From the sequence record MW879340.1: a DNA stretch of 64,000 bases. The stretch is one strand, 5' to 3'. The notes beneath the pieces were generated by a model, which did no database searches, was not told the DNA's origin, and saw only the letters and a program-made list of their open reading frames with translations. A program made the translations under genes and the position numbers. Shown piece after piece: positions 38,542 to 48,654 of the stretch. Every line of letters begins with the position of its first letter. Positions within the stretch are counted from its first letter, which is position 1.

Positions 38542-38600
38542 CAGCATAAAAAGTACACCTCTCCGCCGCAAGGCAGGGAGGTGTACTTTACTTTATGTCA
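38542..38600. terminator. bidirectional hairpin terminator flanked by CAGCATAA and TTATGTCA
   Basis: AAAGTACACCTC...GAGGTGTACTTT stem between convergent genes. Confidence 0.8.
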
Positions 38601-38609
38601 TCTTTTTTT

Positions 38610-39488
38610 TTAACTGAAATCTAACTCATAGATAATGTTACCAGCGATTGTACCGCTGGTTGCCATCGCAGCTGCTGTGGTGTATACAGACCACTGCAAG
38701 CCAATGACGTTAGATGCATCCTGCCACCCTGTGAAGATACGGCCCGACCCGGAGTAGATGTTGTTCTCATCCCCCAGGCGATACCCATCTTTAAACCAAC
38801 GGTTAGCATTGGTGGTGTTATCCCAGTTAAGTGCCGTTGAGAACTGAGCGCACAGTTCACTCTTCAGCTTATCGGCCATACCGGTAATCGTCTGAACACC
38901 GCTCAGGTCGGTCGATGGGGATGACGTAGGTAAACGCACCTTAAACCCATAATCCCCTTTATCAATTGACATGATCGGTGACGCAGTATTACCAAACGCC
39001 TTGACCAGTTTATAGTTGATCATGTTCACTACAGAATACGTGCCGATGACCGCATTCGGAATGAAAATGATCTTACCATTAACCACCCACTTACGGTACT
39101 TGGTTGGCGTGTCCGCAGCGACACGTGTAAACCCACCGGTCGAAGCCACCTCATCAAATGTTGGCAGTAACGCCATATCGGTAGTGACTTCACCAAAGTA
39201 ACCGTATTCCCAGTCCCCAATGATGATGTTCTTAGGGCCCGGCCCCGTATCAGGGAAGTAGCCAATGGGCGTGCGCTTACTCAACGTCTCAGCACCGTCC
39301 TTCACCGACGCAATGGAATACCAATAGACCACGTTGGTGACGGTCGGTGTATTGTCTTCATACGTCAGTGCATTACCGGCTGTAGTACCAACCAATTCAA
39401 GTGTACCGGTCTTTGTTGCTGATCGGTAGATCTTGATTGAGTCAAGCGGTACTGTACCCCTGTTCGTCCAGGAAAGTTTAACACCCAT
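38610..39488 (-). CDS. putative virion/tail protein, cassette 3 gene C
   Basis: VKLSWTN..KIYRS..TYEDNT; DTGPGPKN..WEYGYFG. Confidence 0.8.
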   Translation of the reverse strand: MGVKLSWTNRGTVPLDSIKIYRSATKTGTLELVGTTAGNALTYEDNTPTVTNVVYWYSIASVKDGAETLSKRTPIGYFPDTGPGPKNIIIGDWEYGYFGEVTTDMALLPTFDEVASTGGFTRVAADTPTKYRKWVVNGKIIFIPNAVIGTYSVVNMINYKLVKAFGNTASPIMSIDKGDYGFKVRLPTSSPSTDLSGVQTITGMADKLKSELCAQFSTALNWDNTTNANRWFKDGYRLGDENNIYSGSGRIFTGWQDASNVIGLQWSVYTTAAAMATSGTIAGNIIYELDFS

Positions 39489-39500
39489 ACAAACCTCCCA

Positions 39501-40406
39501 TTAGAATAACAGTTCCAGCACCAGAACCGGACGCGCTGACGCACCCACGGTGTAGTTCAGGGTGTTAGTTGACAATGACGCGTACACATACTGCGCGCCA
39601 GAAGCACCTAACGTTGTCGACCAATGCACGTTAACGTTTGTGCCCGGTGCAAGGTCGCCTAAACGATACTTAGCATATGACGTCACACCCGCAACCGGCA
39701 CGGGTAATTGCCCCGCCGTGTTACCGAACAATGAAAACATCATTCCAAGTTCTGTGGTATAGATACCGTCGTAGTTGGCGAGAGCCGGGGTTGACACTCC
39801 TGTTAGGTTAGCATGCGGGCATCGAATAACATACTCGTACCCGTTCTTAAACCCGGTGATGCCTTTGTTGGGGTAGTCGCCATCGACAACAATGAGCTTA
39901 TTGGTGACCAGCGATGCAGGTGTTATAGTCGAAGCCGAGTAAGTGTTATCCGGAATGAACACAATACGTCCTGCAATGACGCATTTGTGATAGGTCGCAA
40001 TAGTAGGCGCGTTGGTAGGCGGCAACACGTTGGCCGCGCCAACCGCGGTAAGCAGTAGCTGGAAAATCTCATTACCTACAAGTAACTCACTGGACGAGAC
40101 TTCACCAAAGTAGCCAAACGCCCAGTCGCCGCGTAGCAATACACTTGGACCTGGCCCTGTGTCGGGATAGTACCCGATCGGAATCTGATCCCCGTACGTC
40201 ACACTGCCATCCGCTTTCTTCGACCCTACCACGATGTAATACAACGTGTTGTTGACGCCGGTCGGGTACGTGTAAGACGTCACATCAGACGCTACTTCAA
40301 CTTTATCAGTTGGTAACGCCGACAGATTCACCGGGGAACCTACGTTACGGTACAGCACGTACCCGGTGGAGTTAGGGACTGCCGCCCAATTTACAGCGAT
40401 GCCCAT
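39501..40406 (-). CDS. putative virion/tail protein, cassette 3 gene C'
   Basis: IAVNWA..LYRN..NNTLYY; DTGPGPSVL..WAFGYFG; RPVLVLELL. Confidence 0.8.
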   Translation of the reverse strand: MGIAVNWAAVPNSTGYVLYRNVGSPVNLSALPTDKVEVASDVTSYTYPTGVNNTLYYIVVGSKKADGSVTYGDQIPIGYYPDTGPGPSVLLRGDWAFGYFGEVSSSELLVGNEIFQLLLTAVGAANVLPPTNAPTIATYHKCVIAGRIVFIPDNTYSASTITPASLVTNKLIVVDGDYPNKGITGFKNGYEYVIRCPHANLTGVSTPALANYDGIYTTELGMMFSLFGNTAGQLPVPVAGVTSYAKYRLGDLAPGTNVNVHWSTTLGASGAQYVYASLSTNTLNYTVGASARPVLVLELLF

Positions 40407-40407
40407 A

Positions 40408-41307
40408 TTACGCCTCCACTAATTCTAACACCGGCCACCAACTGAAGGTGGTGGTTGTCGATGCCAATCCTTGGAACCCAGCCGAGGAAAGCTTGGTGCG
40501 TTCATTCGTAGTGATGCCGGCAAAATAACGGACAAATGCCATATCACCCTCAAGCCCTTTTTCCTGACACAGAATGTAATAACCTGTGGAGTACAAGTTT
40601 GTCACGGCAACTTGCAACCAGTTAGGCATGCGCTGCGTTAACGGCGTTGGTGCGCACATTGGATACACGAAGTCGTTGAATTCGCAGGTTTGTGTGTACG
40701 CAGTTGTGTCAAACGTTCCGAGTGCTTTGGCCGGCAGCGGCACGGCGCTGTCTGATTCGTTCCAGCCGCGCATTAAACGCACTTTCCAGTTATAGCCGGC
40801 AATCTGTACAACGGTCCCGTCAATCAACCCCTTCAGCTGTAAGGCGTTGTAGCCGGTGCTGTTACCCAACGCATGTTCAGGCACCATATACACTTTGCCG
40901 CGACGCGCGTACTTGTACCAGCTGGTATTGGCATAAACGTTAGCAACCGCTGACCCGACCAGGGTGTTCAGGTTAGCCGCAGTAATAAAGGAGTCAACGG
41001 ACAGGATGTCGTACAACCCTAATTCACGGTCACCGTAAATGAAGACGTTGGAACCTGGACCACGGGTTTCGGCTGCCTGAATAGGTTGGTCGCGAGAGAT
41101 AATGGTTTCGGAACCGTTGGTTGTTTTAAAGACGTAATGGTAAGTATTACCCTGGACAGCTGTCAAATCGACGTAGCTGGTTTCTTGTGCGGTAAGGACC
41201 ACCAGAGGGGCTGGTAAGTTTGCACGGTCTATCTTCGTATCGCTACGGTAGATCGTGGTGGTGACAGGTTGAGTGTTTTTATTCACCCAACTAAGTTTAA
41301 TCGACAT
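40408..41307 (-). CDS. putative virion/tail protein, cassette 3 gene B
   Basis: IKLSWVNKN..TIYRS..NLPAPLVVL..ETSYVD; WWPVLELVEA. Confidence 0.8.
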   Translation of the reverse strand: MSIKLSWVNKNTQPVTTTIYRSDTKIDRANLPAPLVVLTAQETSYVDLTAVQGNTYHYVFKTTNGSETIISRDQPIQAAETRGPGSNVFIYGDRELGLYDILSVDSFITAANLNTLVGSAVANVYANTSWYKYARRGKVYMVPEHALGNSTGYNALQLKGLIDGTVVQIAGYNWKVRLMRGWNESDSAVPLPAKALGTFDTTAYTQTCEFNDFVYPMCAPTPLTQRMPNWLQVAVTNLYSTGYYILCQEKGLEGDMAFVRYFAGITTNERTKLSSAGFQGLASTTTTFSWWPVLELVEA

Positions 41308-41316
41308 GGACTACCC

Positions 41317-42447
41317 CTATTGGTCAACGAGTTTAATTCCTGTTAATGGTGCTGGCGTGTAGGTCGCTGTTACGCCGAACGCGCCGATCAACGGAACAGT
41401 GCGTGCGGTGGCGACTGGAGGTTTACCCAGCAAACTTACTTTTAGTGCATTCGGTACGGTTGGGGAACCGGCCGTTGACACTGTAATGGCGCGCGGCACC
41501 GCAGACAACAGACCCACCTTAATATCAGCCGGTCTACTCAACAGCACAGCGTAACCTTTGGACAATAACGACCCGTCTGTCATGGACCCACGAACAGAAC
41601 GCACGGTAATCAAACCACCTGCGGTTTCACCTTTCTCAACGTAGAGGTCGAGTACCTTAGGAGGAGGGTTATCCGCAGTAAACCCGGTGAGATCCAACAG
41701 ATGGTCAGCAGGGTTGAGGTACCTCAGCACCGGCCACCAACGGAAACCAGACGACCGTACTGTCTTGCCGGTTGTGCCGAACGACATCAAACCTTTACTG
41801 GTACCCGGTACCCCATTCACCATCCCCGTACCAGCTGCACCGGATGATGTTTTCATAATGGCATTAGAGCCGGTCTCAAGACTGGTGGTCGGGAGCTCAT
41901 CCCATTTCCCGGTACCAAAGCGGAAACCTACCTGATACACATTGGAAAGCAACTCGGCGAATTCACCCTTACCTGACGCCCCTGCAACGGTCCCGTCGGA
42001 AACAGGATCACTGTCATAGGCAGCGGACAGTCTTGGCCAGAAACCAGCCGTCTTACCTTCCAGTGTTTTGGAGATGGTAAACCGTTGGTTGATTGGTGTA
42101 GCCGGGGGTGCTGGGAACGTGCCGTCGTCATCTGTCCCGTAGACAATCCCCAGCTGATACAGATCCTGCCAGGAATATTGTTGGTTTGGACCGGTGATAG
42201 GACGAGTCGGAATGTAGACGATCTCACCCTTGTAGTAGAATTTACACCACAACATCGAAACGTCATTGTTCGGGTCAAGCGCGGGCATGCCTAACAAGTT
42301 GAAGAGTTCAGTTGATGTAAACAGTTGCGATTGCGTTAACGTACCAAAATAGCCGGCTTGTTCATTCCCACCGGCTAACGACTTAGGGCCAGGTCCAGAG
42401 TTAGGGTAAAATGGTTTACCCCCTCCAGCGACAAGCATTTCTAACAT
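41317..42447 (-). CDS. putative virion/tail protein, cassette 3 gene A
   Basis: MLEMLVAGG tag; NSGPGPKSLAGG..AGYFG; WWPVLRY. Confidence 0.8.
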   Translation of the reverse strand: MLEMLVAGGGKPFYPNSGPGPKSLAGGNEQAGYFGTLTQSQLFTSTELFNLLGMPALDPNNDVSMLWCKFYYKGEIVYIPTRPITGPNQQYSWQDLYQLGIVYGTDDDGTFPAPPATPINQRFTISKTLEGKTAGFWPRLSAAYDSDPVSDGTVAGASGKGEFAELLSNVYQVGFRFGTGKWDELPTTSLETGSNAIMKTSSGAAGTGMVNGVPGTSKGLMSFGTTGKTVRSSGFRWWPVLRYLNPADHLLDLTGFTADNPPPKVLDLYVEKGETAGGLITVRSVRGSMTDGSLLSKGYAVLLSRPADIKVGLLSAVPRAITVSTAGSPTVPNALKVSLLGKPPVATARTVPLIGAFGVTATYTPAPLTGIKLVDQ

Positions 42448-42486
42448 AAAGCCCTCACTTAAAGAAAGACGTCCTTGTCATCACGA

Positions 42487-44640
42487 TTACCAGTTCATGG
42501 CTTTAGTACGAGGGGCTGTAATGACACCAGGCTCTTCGTTCACAAACACACCAACTTCTTCCATGTGATCGAGTAATTCTTCGTTACCCGCAGACAGCAT
42601 CCCATGAGCAATCAGTAAGCGGTCTGACGGACGAGGATCATCTTCACCGTAACCAAACGCTTCGGTACCAATCCCTTCCATATCCGGCACGTCTACCGTT
42701 GAACCCACACGGTCATAGCCCATCAACTGATCGACCTGGTCACGAGACCAGTTCATGATGTCCTCTGAACGCGTAGAGATATTCGGCTCTGCACCGGTGT
42801 CCAGCACGAAGTTATTCACGTACACCGTCGTATCTTGACCGATACGGTGCATACGCGCCATCGCTTGCTTGTACTGGTGGAAGCGGAAAGGCTTGTTCAG
42901 CATCATCCCGTTGTTGGCTTCAGTCAGTGGGACGGCTTCAGCTAACGACAGGAAGGTGGCGATGCATGGGTTAATGTCAGCATTTGCACGGAAGTCTTTA
43001 ACGATGTTTACGAGGTTGTTACTCGTGTCGCCGTAAACCACCACAGGCATATAACCCAGGCCGGTCACAAACTTACGGGTCTCTTCCAGCACGGGGATAA
43101 AGTCAGTGAAGATCAACGTCTTCTTCTCTGCGTTATCAATGTACTGTTGGAACGGAATGTACGGCACCATGTCAATGTGGCACTGTGTACGTTCTTTACC
43201 CAGGATGCGGCCAAGACACTCGCCCTTGATCTTCAGGTCCACGTACTTGATAACCGAGCGGGCATCTTTAAACGGTGCACGTAGGCTCTCCGGCAACGAC
43301 GGAATGATCACCTTCAGTTCGTATTCATTACAGAACTTCGACTCATCGGACATGGTCTTCGGATCAAAGCCGTACTTCTGGAACATGGCAACGTTTTGCT
43401 GATACTGCTTGAACGCTGCATGGTCATTCGGTGTACGCAATACCTTCTTGTGACACATCATGGCATCATCGTAGATACGCTGATACGTCGGGCGGTTCTT
43501 GGTGTAGTACTCGAAACGTTCTTTGATGAAGTTCACCATCAGCGTACGAATCGAATCCAACGTGTAACGACTGGCATTTGGGATTTTCACCTTGACCGTG
43601 GCTTCGACCGGCTTGTCCGACATGAAGCTGGACTTTGGTACCAGGAAGCTGACGATACCCAAACGGTTTGCCAGGATGTCGTTAGCTTTACCGCCAACCT
43701 TGCCCCAGATCTTACGCATCGCTTCTTCGGCTTCTGGCGTAAAGTTATCAATGAGGCAGCGGAATAAAGGAATGGCTTCTGAACCCATCGCGGTCAGTGC
43801 AGTGCCGGACAACCAGATAGCATCCTGAGTCTTCGACACTTTACACAGCTCAATGAACTGCGCGGTACGAATGGACTCTTTAGACTTCATGTTCAGGTTG
43901 TGGGATTCGTCCAGGAGGATACCGACGTTAGAGAGGTTCAGTGACTTCGCCATGTCGACAGCTTGATCCAGGCGCTCGTAGTGGAAGATCATCCACTTCG
44001 TACCTTTCGGACAGGTCGTATTGGTATCAGCTACCCAGACCTTTTGATTACCGGACACTAACGTCTTAAGGGTTTTCTCCCAGACGTCGTAGATGGCTTT
44101 CTTTGGCGAGACCACGAACACGTAATCAACATCACGGGCCAACATTGCGGCAATGCCGCCCAGTGTCTTACCAGACCCGGGATCACCTGCAAATAACGCG
44201 CCTTTCAGATTGTAACGTGGTTTGGTGTAGTTGTAGTACTGGAGGAACTTCACCTGGTGGTCTTTCAATTTATACACAATCGGACTGGTCTTGCGGATAT
44301 CAAGAATATCATCCCAAGGTTGATCCAGATCGCGCATCCAGGTGTTTTCTTTGATCAGCTCAACGATGCGAGCCAGAACACGACGACTACAGTAACGTGT
44401 CTTGTCTTCGATCATCTTCTCAAACATGTACACGATCTCTAACGCAAAGAAGCTGTGGAACGAGAACTCGCTCGGCTTCACGTTTTTGAACATGTGTTTG
44501 GCGATCTTAGAGGTACCCCAGAGTTTGTCGATATCGTACTGAATAAATCGTGACGGAGTGCCAGTCACCGTGATGAGACCGTTTTGTTCTCGAACACTGA
44601 TGATGCCTAGCATTCCTTTTACGCGGTCAAAAATGGCCAT
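42487..44640 (-). CDS. SF2 (SNF2/DEAD-like) helicase
   Basis: Walker A GDPGSGKT, Walker B LLDESH, LSGT, motif VI QAMARMHRIGQ; ATG 44640 with AAGGGA RBS. Confidence 0.9.
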   Translation of the reverse strand: MAIFDRVKGMLGIISVREQNGLITVTGTPSRFIQYDIDKLWGTSKIAKHMFKNVKPSEFSFHSFFALEIVYMFEKMIEDKTRYCSRRVLARIVELIKENTWMRDLDQPWDDILDIRKTSPIVYKLKDHQVKFLQYYNYTKPRYNLKGALFAGDPGSGKTLGGIAAMLARDVDYVFVVSPKKAIYDVWEKTLKTLVSGNQKVWVADTNTTCPKGTKWMIFHYERLDQAVDMAKSLNLSNVGILLDESHNLNMKSKESIRTAQFIELCKVSKTQDAIWLSGTALTAMGSEAIPLFRCLIDNFTPEAEEAMRKIWGKVGGKANDILANRLGIVSFLVPKSSFMSDKPVEATVKVKIPNASRYTLDSIRTLMVNFIKERFEYYTKNRPTYQRIYDDAMMCHKKVLRTPNDHAAFKQYQQNVAMFQKYGFDPKTMSDESKFCNEYELKVIIPSLPESLRAPFKDARSVIKYVDLKIKGECLGRILGKERTQCHIDMVPYIPFQQYIDNAEKKTLIFTDFIPVLEETRKFVTGLGYMPVVVYGDTSNNLVNIVKDFRANADINPCIATFLSLAEAVPLTEANNGMMLNKPFRFHQYKQAMARMHRIGQDTTVYVNNFVLDTGAEPNISTRSEDIMNWSRDQVDQLMGYDRVGSTVDVPDMEGIGTEAFGYGEDDPRPSDRLLIAHGMLSAGNEELLDHMEEVGVFVNEEPGVITAPRTKAMNW

Positions 44641-44687
44641 GGTGCTTCCCTTTGGTTTCAATTGAGTAACATACAATTTTCCAAAAC

Positions 44688-44715
44688 ATTTCAGGTCTAT
44701 ATTACGGTAGTGAGT
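44688..44715 (+). promoter_or_regulatory. phage early-type promoter motif
   Basis: ATTTCAG-GT-CTATATTACGGTAGTGAGT, contains TATATTAC. Confidence 0.7.
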
Positions 44716-44761
44716 TTTCGATCGAAAACAAATGTAATACTTAACTTGTCGGGGTTATTAA

Positions 44762-44845
44762 ATGAGCAACTCATTAATTAACTTAATCATTTTTATGGTC
44801 TGCATCGTCGGACTCACATTGATGTTTGTGCTCAATGTAAAATGA
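44762..44845 (+). CDS. 27-aa hydrophobic peptide (not in ORF track)
   Basis: MSNSLINLIIFMVCIVGLTLMFVLNVK; GGGG RBS; first ORF after the promoter motif. Confidence 0.45.
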   Translation: MSNSLINLIIFMVCIVGLTLMFVLNVK

Positions 44846-44931
44846 TCATATGACTGTTATGCGCAGTCAAGCAAACATCCTCAGGGGTTTGGATGTTAAC
44901 AACCAAATTATAAAGTAAGGGTTTATCCAAA

Positions 44932-45489
44932 ATGATTGAATCGATTATTCGCACAGCTGTACAACGTGCTTCACAGGAATCCAATGCTGAAGCCTATCTC
45001 GTTCGTTTGCGTCAATACATCGAATCTGATATCCGCCATCAGATCAAACTACACGGCGGCCGTCAAAGCTTTGACGTTAATACTCGTTTCCATTTAGGTT
45101 ACAGTGACGCGGATGGTTTCTATCAAGAGATCACCACGAATGTAGTCTGCGCCGGGAACGGAAAAGAAATGGTCGAACACGTCCGTTTCCCAGTTTCACC
45201 AAACTCGTTGCTTGGCTCCTTGCGCGGTGTCTTCCACCATGCAGCGATAAAAGCCAAACAAGCCAGCGACACCTATTTCACTGGCGGTCAAGTCCTGACT
45301 ACCCAGACTGCACTCCAGAACGAACTTCAACCATTCTTTGCCAACCACAAAGCTATCGTCGTGCTGAACCATGCGCGCACAGGTAACTATGCGGTTGACG
45401 TCGAACTGATTCAGAGTTCAATGAAAAACCTGGGTGCTATGATGCAGGCCCTGGAGCACAACTTACCGGATGATCTGGTAACCGCATAA
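44932..45489 (+). CDS. hypothetical protein
   Basis: 185-aa ORF, AAGGG RBS, terminator follows. Confidence 0.8.
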   Translation: MIESIIRTAVQRASQESNAEAYLVRLRQYIESDIRHQIKLHGGRQSFDVNTRFHLGYSDADGFYQEITTNVVCAGNGKEMVEHVRFPVSPNSLLGSLRGVFHHAAIKAKQASDTYFTGGQVLTTQTALQNELQPFFANHKAIVVLNHARTGNYAVDVELIQSSMKNLGAMMQALEHNLPDDLVTA

Positions 45490-45495
45490 CAATCC

Positions 45496-45528
45496 AGAAG
45501 GGGGCTTCGGCCTCCTTCTTTTTTTTTT
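45496..45528 (+). terminator. intrinsic terminator
   Basis: AGAAGGGGGC-TTCG-GCCTCCTTCT plus poly-T. Confidence 0.9.
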
Positions 45529-45543
45529 GCCGAGGACTATAAG

Positions 45544-46023
45544 TTGGACTATTTAGTGTATCTGAAGTACCTGGGTGCCTTTTTCATCATGGCGGGTGTT
45601 GTCATCGCCATCCTGACTGTTGTGTCACTAATGAATCCCAGATCCCCACTACCGAGTCCGATCCCCGATGAACTGAAGGATCATGTTCGTCTCTTATTAG
45701 AAGAGATTCGTTTTGAACTCACCATACCGTATCCGACATACAACTACCAGCTGATGAAGTCGATCCCGATGAAACATCGGATGCGGTTCATGGCCAAGCA
45801 TTTACGTAAATATATCGAACGTCATGTATTAGATTACACCACCAAGTGTTCTTATGTAAGTCGTTCCATTTGGTTACGTAAGTCGCGTGTCACCGTTGAG
45901 ATTCACGACGATCAACTTGCCATTACTGTATATGGTATTAGTAACGTCATCATTCACTCCTTGCACTTTATGCCGTCGGAATACGCGCACGCAACGGAGT
46001 ACTTCAAGAACAAAATGTGTTAA
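45544..46023 (+). CDS. membrane-anchored hypothetical protein
   Basis: TTG start with GAGGA RBS; N-terminal TM segment. Confidence 0.7.
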   Translation: MDYLVYLKYLGAFFIMAGVVIAILTVVSLMNPRSPLPSPIPDELKDHVRLLLEEIRFELTIPYPTYNYQLMKSIPMKHRMRFMAKHLRKYIERHVLDYTTKCSYVSRSIWLRKSRVTVEIHDDQLAITVYGISNVIIHSLHFMPSEYAHATEYFKNKMC

Positions 46024-46034
46024 GAGGAATAAGC

Positions 46035-47228
46035 ATGTCTGGTAAGAAAAACAACGCTACTAAACTGGCCCGTCGTGAAGCTGAGAAAGCGAATCCACTG
46101 CACTGGGAACTTGAGTGGATCAACAAGATCACGCCAGCGATTCAAGAGTTCGCTAACCAATCCGTACGTCTGCGCTTTAAGCGTGACGTCGTTGCAGAAG
46201 ACCGTGCTAACTGGACTTGGGGTTCAGACGTTGACATTGAGAACGAACTGCGTCGCGTGGTTGTGACCGAATGGTTTGTTCCGATCGTTAATGGTAAGCC
46301 GGTGGTCTACCTGGAAGACGGTTCTCTGAACCCGAACATGGTTGCCCACAAATTCATCCTGCGCTACGACCACCTGCGTGCTGCCGCACAGATGGCCAGC
46401 CAGAAAGGCACCGCACCGAACATCGGCCGTTACTACCTGCCGGAAGTGACTGTGGTTCCTGGAGCTAAAGGTTGGGAAGCCAACTTTGAAGTGAACGAAC
46501 TGCGTGCCAAAGAGATCGTGCGTAAAGCGCTGGATCGTCTGGACGATTACAAGCTGGATCTGGTTAAAGAGTTCGGTGAAGAAAGCGACGCTGGTAAATA
46601 CATCGGCCTGACTCTGGTGTATAACGACGAAGACAACCTGCTGCAACTGGTCACCCATTCCAAAGAAGCGCTGGATGTGATCGAACGTAAAGACGGTGAG
46701 ATGAACTACATCGACCTGCCTGAAATCGAGATCGATGATCTGGCTATCGACGGTTGGGATGCGAACAAGCTGAACATTCGTTCTGCTGTTGCGCGTGTTG
46801 CCGCTGAACACCGCATGTGGGATCGTGTCGTTAAGCCGTCTCAGGCGGCCTATAAGCGCTTCTCCGGCGACATCGCGGATTACATCATGTCACTGGTGGA
46901 AGAAGTGTACAACCGCGCTCACGCGGCTAAACCGGCAGATGCAACACTGTTCTTCGAACAGGATGTAACCACTGGCTTCCTGAAGGCGTCTTACGTTGAC
47001 CCTAAAGCAACGGTCGCGTCTGTGGAGCCACAGGAAGGCGCTGATACTCTGGTAGCTACTCCGGTAGTTCATGAGATCGAACTGGCTCGTGAAGATGCAG
47101 CAGCAATCTTAATAGTTGCAGGTCGCATTGAGCCGGACATGTGGTTCCATGTGGACTACGATGTTAAGTCTCGCTTCAACGCCAAATACGGCAACGGTAA
47201 AGTTACTATCCTCGAAGCAGTAATCTAA
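46035..47228 (+). CDS. hypothetical protein (~397 aa)
   Basis: ATG 46035 with GAGGA RBS; rich in CGT/CTG/AAA/GAA codons by eye. Confidence 0.85.
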   Translation: MSGKKNNATKLARREAEKANPLHWELEWINKITPAIQEFANQSVRLRFKRDVVAEDRANWTWGSDVDIENELRRVVVTEWFVPIVNGKPVVYLEDGSLNPNMVAHKFILRYDHLRAAAQMASQKGTAPNIGRYYLPEVTVVPGAKGWEANFEVNELRAKEIVRKALDRLDDYKLDLVKEFGEESDAGKYIGLTLVYNDEDNLLQLVTHSKEALDVIERKDGEMNYIDLPEIEIDDLAIDGWDANKLNIRSAVARVAAEHRMWDRVVKPSQAAYKRFSGDIADYIMSLVEEVYNRAHAAKPADATLFFEQDVTTGFLKASYVDPKATVASVEPQEGADTLVATPVVHEIELAREDAAAILIVAGRIEPDMWFHVDYDVKSRFNAKYGNGKVTILEAVI

Positions 47229-47238
47229 CCAGCATATT

Positions 47239-47283
47239 AGCCAGGTCTTCTCCTTTGCGGGAGAAGATCCTGGTTTTATGCCG
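47239..47283 (+). terminator. hairpin + TTATGCCG terminator-like element
   Basis: AGCCAGGTCTTCTCC-loop-GGAGAAGATCCTGGTT then TTATGCCG. Confidence 0.8.
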
Positions 47284-47322
47284 ATTTGTTGTTTATTTTT
47301 TGTTTCTTTTGAGTTGCAGATT

Positions 47323-47350
47323 ATTTCAGACCTATATTAAAAAGGTGAAT
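47323..47350 (+). promoter_or_regulatory. phage early-type promoter motif
   Basis: ATTTCAG-AC-CTATATTAAAAAGGTGAAT. Confidence 0.65.
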
Positions 47351-47396
47351 AAGAGCAATGAACTTTACTTTTAACTATCTATTCAAGGTGCATTCC

Positions 47397-47525
47397 ATGA
47401 AGACTTCTGAAGTTATCGTAGTCGCAGCGGTCGCTGTTATCTTAATCAAACTGGATGCATACCACAACCCGTTTGGCCGCACTGCAAAGATTCTGAAGAA
47501 ACTGTCATTCAAGAAAAACAAATAA
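47397..47525 (+). CDS. 42-aa membrane peptide (not in ORF track)
   Basis: AAGGT RBS; MKTSEVIVVAAVAVILIKLDAYHNPFGRTAKILKKLSFKKNK. Confidence 0.6.
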   Translation: MKTSEVIVVAAVAVILIKLDAYHNPFGRTAKILKKLSFKKNK

Positions 47526-47561
47526 ATCCAACTAACCCATTTTAATAAAGAGGAACAACCC

Positions 47562-47753
47562 ATGAACAATTCATCTTCCGCAGCAGCAGTAGTATACGGC
47601 ATCTTCTGTGCAGGTCTGGTAGCCGCAACGGTTGCCCTTGAAGTTAAAGCACACAAAATCCGTAAAGACCGTATTGCCCGTATTGCAAAGCAACTGGATG
47701 ATCAGCGTTTCGCTGAAGCCAAAGTACTGCACAACGTTGAAGTAGTTGCATAA
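47562..47753 (+). CDS. small membrane-anchored protein
   Basis: GAGGA RBS; AAAVVYGIFCAGLVAATVAL then a basic tail. Confidence 0.7.
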   Translation: MNNSSSAAAVVYGIFCAGLVAATVALEVKAHKIRKDRIARIAKQLDDQRFAEAKVLHNVEVVA

Positions 47754-47790
47754 CCTGTATTAACTAAACCTTAACCGTTGGAGTATTACC

Positions 47791-47919
47791 ATGAAAGACA
47801 TCATCATTAAAGTTGCTGTATCTGTAGTTGTATCCGTAGCCGTAACCAAAGCTCTGAATGCTTACAACAAGAAAGTCAACAACGGCGTAACCAGTCGTTA
47901 CACTTTCATCAAACTGTAA
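47791..47919 (+). CDS. 42-aa membrane peptide (not in ORF track)
   Basis: GGAG RBS; MKDIIIKVAVSVVVSVAVTKALNAYNKKVNNGVTSRYTFIKL. Confidence 0.65.
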   Translation: MKDIIIKVAVSVVVSVAVTKALNAYNKKVNNGVTSRYTFIKL

Positions 47920-47928
47920 GAGGTGCGT

Positions 47929-48138
47929 ATGGAAGCTACAATCAACATCGATGTATTCGAAAAGATCGGTAAGATCTTTGAAGTCATTGACCGGGTCTGT
48001 AAACCAAAGAAAGTTTACGAGTATCCGAAAAAGTATCATCTCATCAGACAAGTTGAAGTGGACGGCGAAACCTGCAATCTCATCTTCGACTTTGATCGTC
48101 ATCTTGAATACGTAGTACACCCAAAACCAAAACACTAA
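47929..48138 (+). CDS. hypothetical protein
   Basis: GAGGT RBS; ATG 47929. Confidence 0.65.
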   Translation: MEATINIDVFEKIGKIFEVIDRVCKPKKVYEYPKKYHLIRQVEVDGETCNLIFDFDRHLEYVVHPKPKH

Positions 48139-48203
48139 GCAGAGCGTTCATGTGAACCTCTGCATCCTAACTAAAATTAATCACTTGCAAATGAGGTATT
48201 ATC

Positions 48204-48644
48204 ATGAACATCGACAAAAACAAACTGGCTTTCATCATGTCAGAAGAATTCGTTTCTATGGTGCGTGAAGATCTGAACACCATGGGCGTTAAAGGCGTGT
48301 GCCGTATGGCCGAACGTCGCTATCAGTACCGTAATCCAAAAATGGACGGTATTGAAATCACTGTAGAAGATATCAAACGCGCTGTTGGTATGAGCTACGG
48401 TATTGTAACACATAAAGATCGTCTGGTCAACATCTATACATGGATTGTAAGCAACGTACGTAACTTCTTTGGTGGCGTGAAAGCGACTAAAGAAGCCGTA
48501 GCGGATGCATGGGTATCTTACCGCAAATATGTGTCTGACAATGGTTTGGAACGTCTCTGGGCTGGCGCGGGCATCACTGACCGCAACAGTATTGTTGAAC
48601 GTGAGTTCCGTATCATATGTTCAAACGTCGCCGAAAAGATCTGA
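48204..48644 (+). CDS. hypothetical protein
   Basis: GAGGT RBS; 146 aa. Confidence 0.75.
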   Translation: MNIDKNKLAFIMSEEFVSMVREDLNTMGVKGVCRMAERRYQYRNPKMDGIEITVEDIKRAVGMSYGIVTHKDRLVNIYTWIVSNVRNFFGGVKATKEAVADAWVSYRKYVSDNGLERLWAGAGITDRNSIVEREFRIICSNVAEKI

Positions 48645-48654
48645 GGGAAATACA

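Noticed and set aside
44932-44960. MIESIIRTA start resembling the virion-protein tag
   Set aside because: Lacks the Gly linker and adhesin domain and lies in a putative early operon; probably chance
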